DNA from: Gemmatimonadota bacterium
Lineage (GTDB): Bacteria; Gemmatimonadota; Gemmatimonadetes; Longimicrobiales; Gaopeijiaceae
Reading direction: 5' to 3'
Length of the DNA: 34,983 bases
Assembly (NCBI GenBank): GCA_007129525.1
Contig: SKVI01000396.1
Coordinates: forward strand, 1 to 34,983
The stretch's first letter is position 1. The number at the start of each line of letters is the position of its first letter. Below, piece after piece: positions 32,401-34,983 of this stretch. A program made the translations under genes and the position numbers. Under the pieces are notes generated by a model that did not search any database, was not told where the DNA came from, and saw only the letters and a program-made list of their open reading frames with translations.

Positions 32401-33927
32401 CTCGCCGCCGAGGGCCGGTTTCCCGTGGACCTGTCGTTCCGCCAGGTGGAGGATCGGTTCCCGGACCGGAGCGTTGACGCCACCCTCCGCCTGGACTCGC
32501 TGCCGGCGGCCTCGGCTCTGGCCTTCCTGGAGGTGCTGGAGGGTGTGGAGGGCATCCTGGACGGGGAGATCGTCCTCCAGGGAACCACCCGGGAACTGCG
32601 ACCTTCGGGCCGGGTGACCCTCCGGTCGGGGGCTTTCTCCGTGCCCGAGCAGGGGCTCCGCCTCACCCAGGTGGCGGGGACCCTGGATCTCAGGGAAGAC
32701 CGGACGCTGGAGGTGGATGCCCAGGCCCGGGCCCGGGGCGAGGCGCAGGTGCAGGGAACCATCTCCCTGGCCGAGCTGACGGACCCGGGCTTCGACCTCC
32801 GGGTCACGGCGTCCAATTTCCAGGCGGTGGACCGCCGAGACCTGACCGCCCGGGTGGGGGGCGAGGTGACCCTCACCGGATCCTTCACGCGCCCCCGGAT
32901 CGGGGGACGGCTCCGGGTGGAGCAGGGCGTCATCTTCGTGGAAGAATTTGCCCGGACCGCCGAGGTGGTCGACCTCACGGATCCCGCCTTCTTCGACGTG
33001 GTGGACACCACCCTGGTGGCTGCCAGGCCGGCGCTGGAGGCGGCCCAGAACCCCTTCCTCCAGAACCTGCGCATCGACGACGTGGACGTGGTCATCCCGC
33101 GCGATTTCTGGCTTCGGAGCCGGGAGATGAATGTAGAGATGGGGGGGGAGCTCATCGTGACCTTCGACCGACCCAGCAGGGAGGTGCTCCTGGTGGGGAC
33201 GCTGAACGCCATCCGGGGCGCGTATTCGGCCTTCGGGCGGCAGTTTCAGGTGCGGGCGGGGACGGTGGAGTTCGTGGGCACGCCGGGGATCGATCCGGCG
33301 CTGGACATCCAGGCGGTGCACCGGCTCCGGCGGGAGGGAGGCGAGCCCCTGGACATTCAGGCCAACGTGGGCGGCACCCTCACGAACCTCCGGGTGGACC
33401 TCGCCTCCGAGGCTCAGCCGCCGATTGCCGAGTCGGATCTCGTCAGCTACCTGATCTTCGGGCGGCCGTCCTACGCGCTGGCCTCGGGCGAGACCTCCAT
33501 TCTGGAAGGAGCGGCCGGCGCCGGGGTGGGTGTGGGAGTGGGTGCCATCGCCACGCAGCTCGGCCAGGTGGTGGCCCAGCAGTTCGGCGTGGACTACTTC
33601 ACCATCACCCAGACCCGCGAGGCCGGGGACCTGGGTCCCATGGGCGGCATCGGCGGCACCTTCGCCGATACCCAGATCGAGGTGGGGCAGTACCTGGCCG
33701 ACAACCTCTTCATGGCCGTCATGCTCCGGCCCCTGACCGGGCTGGGGGCTCGGACCCAGACCCAGTTCCCCGGCGCACGGCTCGAGTGGCGGTTTGCCGA
33801 CCTCTGGATGCTGGAGGGCGTGCTGGAAGACCGTTTTGCCCGCCAGCCGGCCTCCGGTTTCGGTGACCTGGGGCTTCGGCTGGACAAGGTCCTGGGCTTC
33901 TCCATCTACCGGGAATGGGGATACTGA
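29431..33927 (+). CDS. tamB: translocation and assembly module protein TamB-like (AsmA-like giant periplasm-spanning protein)
   Basis: 1498 aa with a single N-terminal TM anchor (FLGWVVGMVAVLLLVAAGLVYTLL). The body is long, repetitive and beta-rich. The C-terminal region (..LVGTLNAIRGAYSAFGRQFQVRAGTVEFVG......SDLVSYLIFGRPS..) fits the TamB C-terminal domain pattern. It starts 2 nt after the tamA-like stop. Confidence 0.83.
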   Translation: MGRSVLRFLGWVVGMVAVLLLVAAGLVYTLLQTQTGHDFALRMVLNQAPTYVNGEARVGGLRSDGLLRGFMLHDISIRDTRGRPFLEADSVRVRYSITELAAGNIQLEPAELWGAQVVLERLHGDDDLNVIRIFAPAEPPEVEPEPRDVILAFRNLVFHDSELLIRMPLEGDEPPARAVVETVPGVDGLHQLLHFTDIQARLARAEILHPEREGERFEVESLSLTGQIFEEAFEVADLRGEVVRVGSRLEMELERLWLPETELAGRMVLDWGDEDAGLDLDVNVDAPILQLADLQWLEPRLPRGEGRLSVSVQGPLDTSRWRFTNTDLQVGESRVRGTVGFDLGPEFSFVATEVEALPLHLDRLEPWLEEPLPVAGRVEGQARLVGPFRDLQLSGRVIYDNPEAGIPPSTAELAGVLGLGDEVTLRDMQVTLDPLDYETLRAFAPELELQGVGRVEAELSGALSGGMALTATLVHMPVEGGARSQVTASGTVREVDGVLALDLDGYLEPLSFDGVAAGFRQELPVSGEVSGPVRVNGLLEELFIGTTLTTPAGQLQVAGYFDMLEPGRRYRASGEVQEFNLHRVFPEIPEPTVLTGTFEVDGGGITLETVDGLARLELSEIDVAGARVDRLVAALQAREGRLLVDSLALRSPLGRLDGRGDLGLREGSADGTVSVDWETESLANLRPVLFGDTLIRADTLSDIERMNLQMQGIDPDTLPDAQAAVIEGRAHGELNLRGTFRDLEGDGFVELAQALYGDLGLDRGRADFTGHFRDRGDWGVEARVTGESFNFGEYELETGWAEVAYQPARGTFEAGLRRHETQSYEVMGAFATDTAAVDIELAELALELDDVVWTLDRPSQLRWEDRAVEMTLLRLSRPVVEGDREGLAEVYMEAEGLLALDGESQFRIEAGGADIHRLASILQMDDAPRGSLDLDVSIHGPSDAPVMNGLFVLTDFRTGETVLSRVEGTFDYSDQSAYTELVADMDGRRLLAAEGRFPVDLSFRQVEDRFPDRSVDATLRLDSLPAASALAFLEVLEGVEGILDGEIVLQGTTRELRPSGRVTLRSGAFSVPEQGLRLTQVAGTLDLREDRTLEVDAQARARGEAQVQGTISLAELTDPGFDLRVTASNFQAVDRRDLTARVGGEVTLTGSFTRPRIGGRLRVEQGVIFVEEFARTAEVVDLTDPAFFDVVDTTLVAARPALEAAQNPFLQNLRIDDVDVVIPRDFWLRSREMNVEMGGELIVTFDRPSREVLLVGTLNAIRGAYSAFGRQFQVRAGTVEFVGTPGIDPALDIQAVHRLRREGGEPLDIQANVGGTLTNLRVDLASEAQPPIAESDLVSYLIFGRPSYALASGETSILEGAAGAGVGVGVGAIATQLGQVVAQQFGVDYFTITQTREAGDLGPMGGIGGTFADTQIEVGQYLADNLFMAVMLRPLTGLGARTQTQFPGARLEWRFADLWMLEGVLEDRFARQPASGFGDLGLRLDKVLGFSIYREWGY

Positions 33928-33930
33928 ATT

Positions 33931-33952
33931 CCGGCACCAGGAGGCGTGCCGG
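33931..33952 (+). terminator. possible transcription-terminating hairpin after the tamB-like gene
   Basis: CCGGCAC (33931-33937) and GTGCCGG (33946-33952) form a 7-bp stem with an 8-nt loop, 4 nt after the stop. The trailing sequence GGGTATGT is not a clean U-tract, so confidence is low. Confidence 0.3.
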
Positions 33953-34038
33953 GGGTATGTCATGAGGCCGTTGAAGGGCTGGAAGTCCATTGAGGAGATT
34001 CCGTAGCCATGGAACCGAAATCACGAGGTGAGCAATAG

Positions 34039-34872
34039 ATGAATTACGCCAAGGTATTCCTTCTCATGACCGGGCTCATGGTCTTCATGGTGCTGCTGGG
34101 CGGCGCCATCGGAGGCGAGCAGATGGCCCTGACCTTCTTCGGGGTCGCCCTGGTCATGAACGTGGGGATGTACTGGTTCAGTGACCGGCTGGTCCTGAAG
34201 ATGTACAAGGCCAAGACCGTGGGAGTCGACGACGCCCCGGAGCTCTACCAGATGGTGGATCGCCTGCGGAAACAGGCCGACCTTCCCATGCCCACGGTGG
34301 CCATCGCGCCCAAGGACCAGCCCAACGCCTTCGCCACCGGCCGGAATCACAAGCACGCCGTGGTGTGCGTGACGGCGGGGTTGCTCCGTCTCATGGATCG
34401 GAAGGAGCTGGAGGGCGTCATCGCCCACGAGCTGGCCCACATCAAACACCGCCACATGCTCGTGTCGACGCTGGCTGCCGCAATGGCCGGTGCCATTGTC
34501 ATGATCGCCCGCTGGGGCGTCTTCTTCGGTGGCAGGGACCGGAACCTCCTGGTCATGATCCTCATCATGATCCTGGCGCCCATCGCGGCCATGATCGTGA
34601 AGGGGGCCATTTCCCGGACCAACGAGTTTCAGGCCGATGCCACCGGCGCCCGCATTGCCGGAAGCCCCGATGGCCTGGCGAATGCCCTGGCCCGACTGGA
34701 AAGCTACGCCGGGCAAATTCCCATGGACGTGAACCAGGCCGGCGCCAGCCTGGCCATCGTGAATCCCCTGCGGGGCCAGGGGGCCATGGGCTCCATGGCC
34801 CGCTTCTTCAGCACCCACCCGCCCACCGAGGACCGGATCGCGGCTCTTCGCGAGATGAGAGGAACCTTCTAA
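34039..34872 (+). CDS. htpX: zinc metalloprotease HtpX (M48 family)
   Basis: 277 aa with two N-terminal TM spans and the HExxH motif in [13 protein letters not shown]. Further TM spans follow, and the C-terminus [15 protein letters not shown] is typical of HtpX. GAGGTG lies 8 nt upstream of the ATG. Confidence 0.93.
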   Translation: MNYAKVFLLMTGLMVFMVLLGGAIGGEQMALTFFGVALVMNVGMYWFSDRLVLKMYKAKTVGVDDAPELYQMVDRLRKQADLPMPTVAIAPKDQPNAFATGRNHKHAVVCVTAGLLRLMDRKELEGVIAHELAHIKHRHMLVSTLAAAMAGAIVMIARWGVFFGGRDRNLLVMILIMILAPIAAMIVKGAISRTNEFQADATGARIAGSPDGLANALARLESYAGQIPMDVNQAGASLAIVNPLRGQGAMGSMARFFSTHPPTEDRIAALREMRGTF

Positions 34873-34876
34873 CCGG

Positions 34877-34983
34877 ATGGCCCGCCAGTCGTTGGTCGTC
34901 CGGGGGGCACGGGAGCACAACCTCAAGGACATCTCCCTGGAGTTGCCCCGGGAGCGCCTGGTGGTCATCACCGGCATCTCGGG
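34877..34983 (+). CDS. uvrA: excinuclease ABC subunit UvrA, first 35 codons (3' end cut by window edge)
   Basis: My translation from ATG 34877 is [36 protein letters not shown]. This matches the highly conserved UvrA N-terminus up to the start of the first Walker A loop. Confidence 0.88.
   Translation, partial: MARQSLVVRGAREHNLKDISLELPRERLVVITGIS

Noticed and set aside
29194-33990. A 1598-aa uninterrupted ORF on the minus strand, opposite the whole tamB-like gene.
   Set aside because: Its codons are exactly aligned with the tamB codons, since 33988-29431 is a multiple of 3. Antisense stops in this frame arise only from sense TTA, CTA or TCA codons, which are almost absent in a GC3-rich gene. 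The translation is Arg/Gly/Pro/His-rich low-complexity sequence with no recognisable domain. The plus-strand product has a clear TM anchor and TamB-like architecture. This is a shadow ORF.

Overview
This is a visibly GC-rich (not computed), tightly packed 35-kb stretch of core chromosome from a diderm bacterium. The TamA/TamB, TonB-domain and Omp85-type genes show it is diderm. The lineage cannot be assigned without a database search. I call 31 protein-coding genes, 30 on the + strand and 2 cut by the window edges. In order: mutS (5' partial), a TonB-C-domain lipoprotein, a CysK/CBS-family PLP enzyme, ddl, a rhomboid protease, a secreted M14 peptidase, two convergent gamma-glutamyltransferase paralogues (the second is the only minus-strand gene), yebC-ruvC-ruvA-ruvB, queA-tgt-yajC, def-fmt, thiE-thiS-thiG, rsmB, a stand-alone triple-PASTA membrane protein, a TlpA-like thioredoxin, a YbbR/CdaR-like protein, tsaD, a calcineurin-type metallophosphoesterase, tamA-like and tamB-like genes, htpX, and uvrA (3' partial). 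Eight gene pairs share 4-nt GTGA/ATGA stop/start overlaps. I found no rRNA, tRNA, CRISPR array, transposase, integrase or recognisable defence or toxin gene. Only six intergenic gaps exceed 100 bp, so there is little room for a hidden system. I do not see a convincing self-contained novel system. The most system-like unexplained content is the envelope block downstream of rsmB. It holds a PASTA protein with no kinase or PBP domain, a TlpA-like protein, a YbbR-like protein with no CdaA, and a tsaD-phosphoesterase-tamA-tamB chain. Other points worth a second look are a 21-bp tandem repeat array upstream of the M14 peptidase, a sequence motif shared by several 5' regions, and the thiE-thiS-thiG genes wedged between fmt and rsmB with no riboswitch. 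The very long antisense ORFs in the track, up to 1598 aa opposite tamB, are codon-aligned shadow ORFs typical of high-GC genomes.
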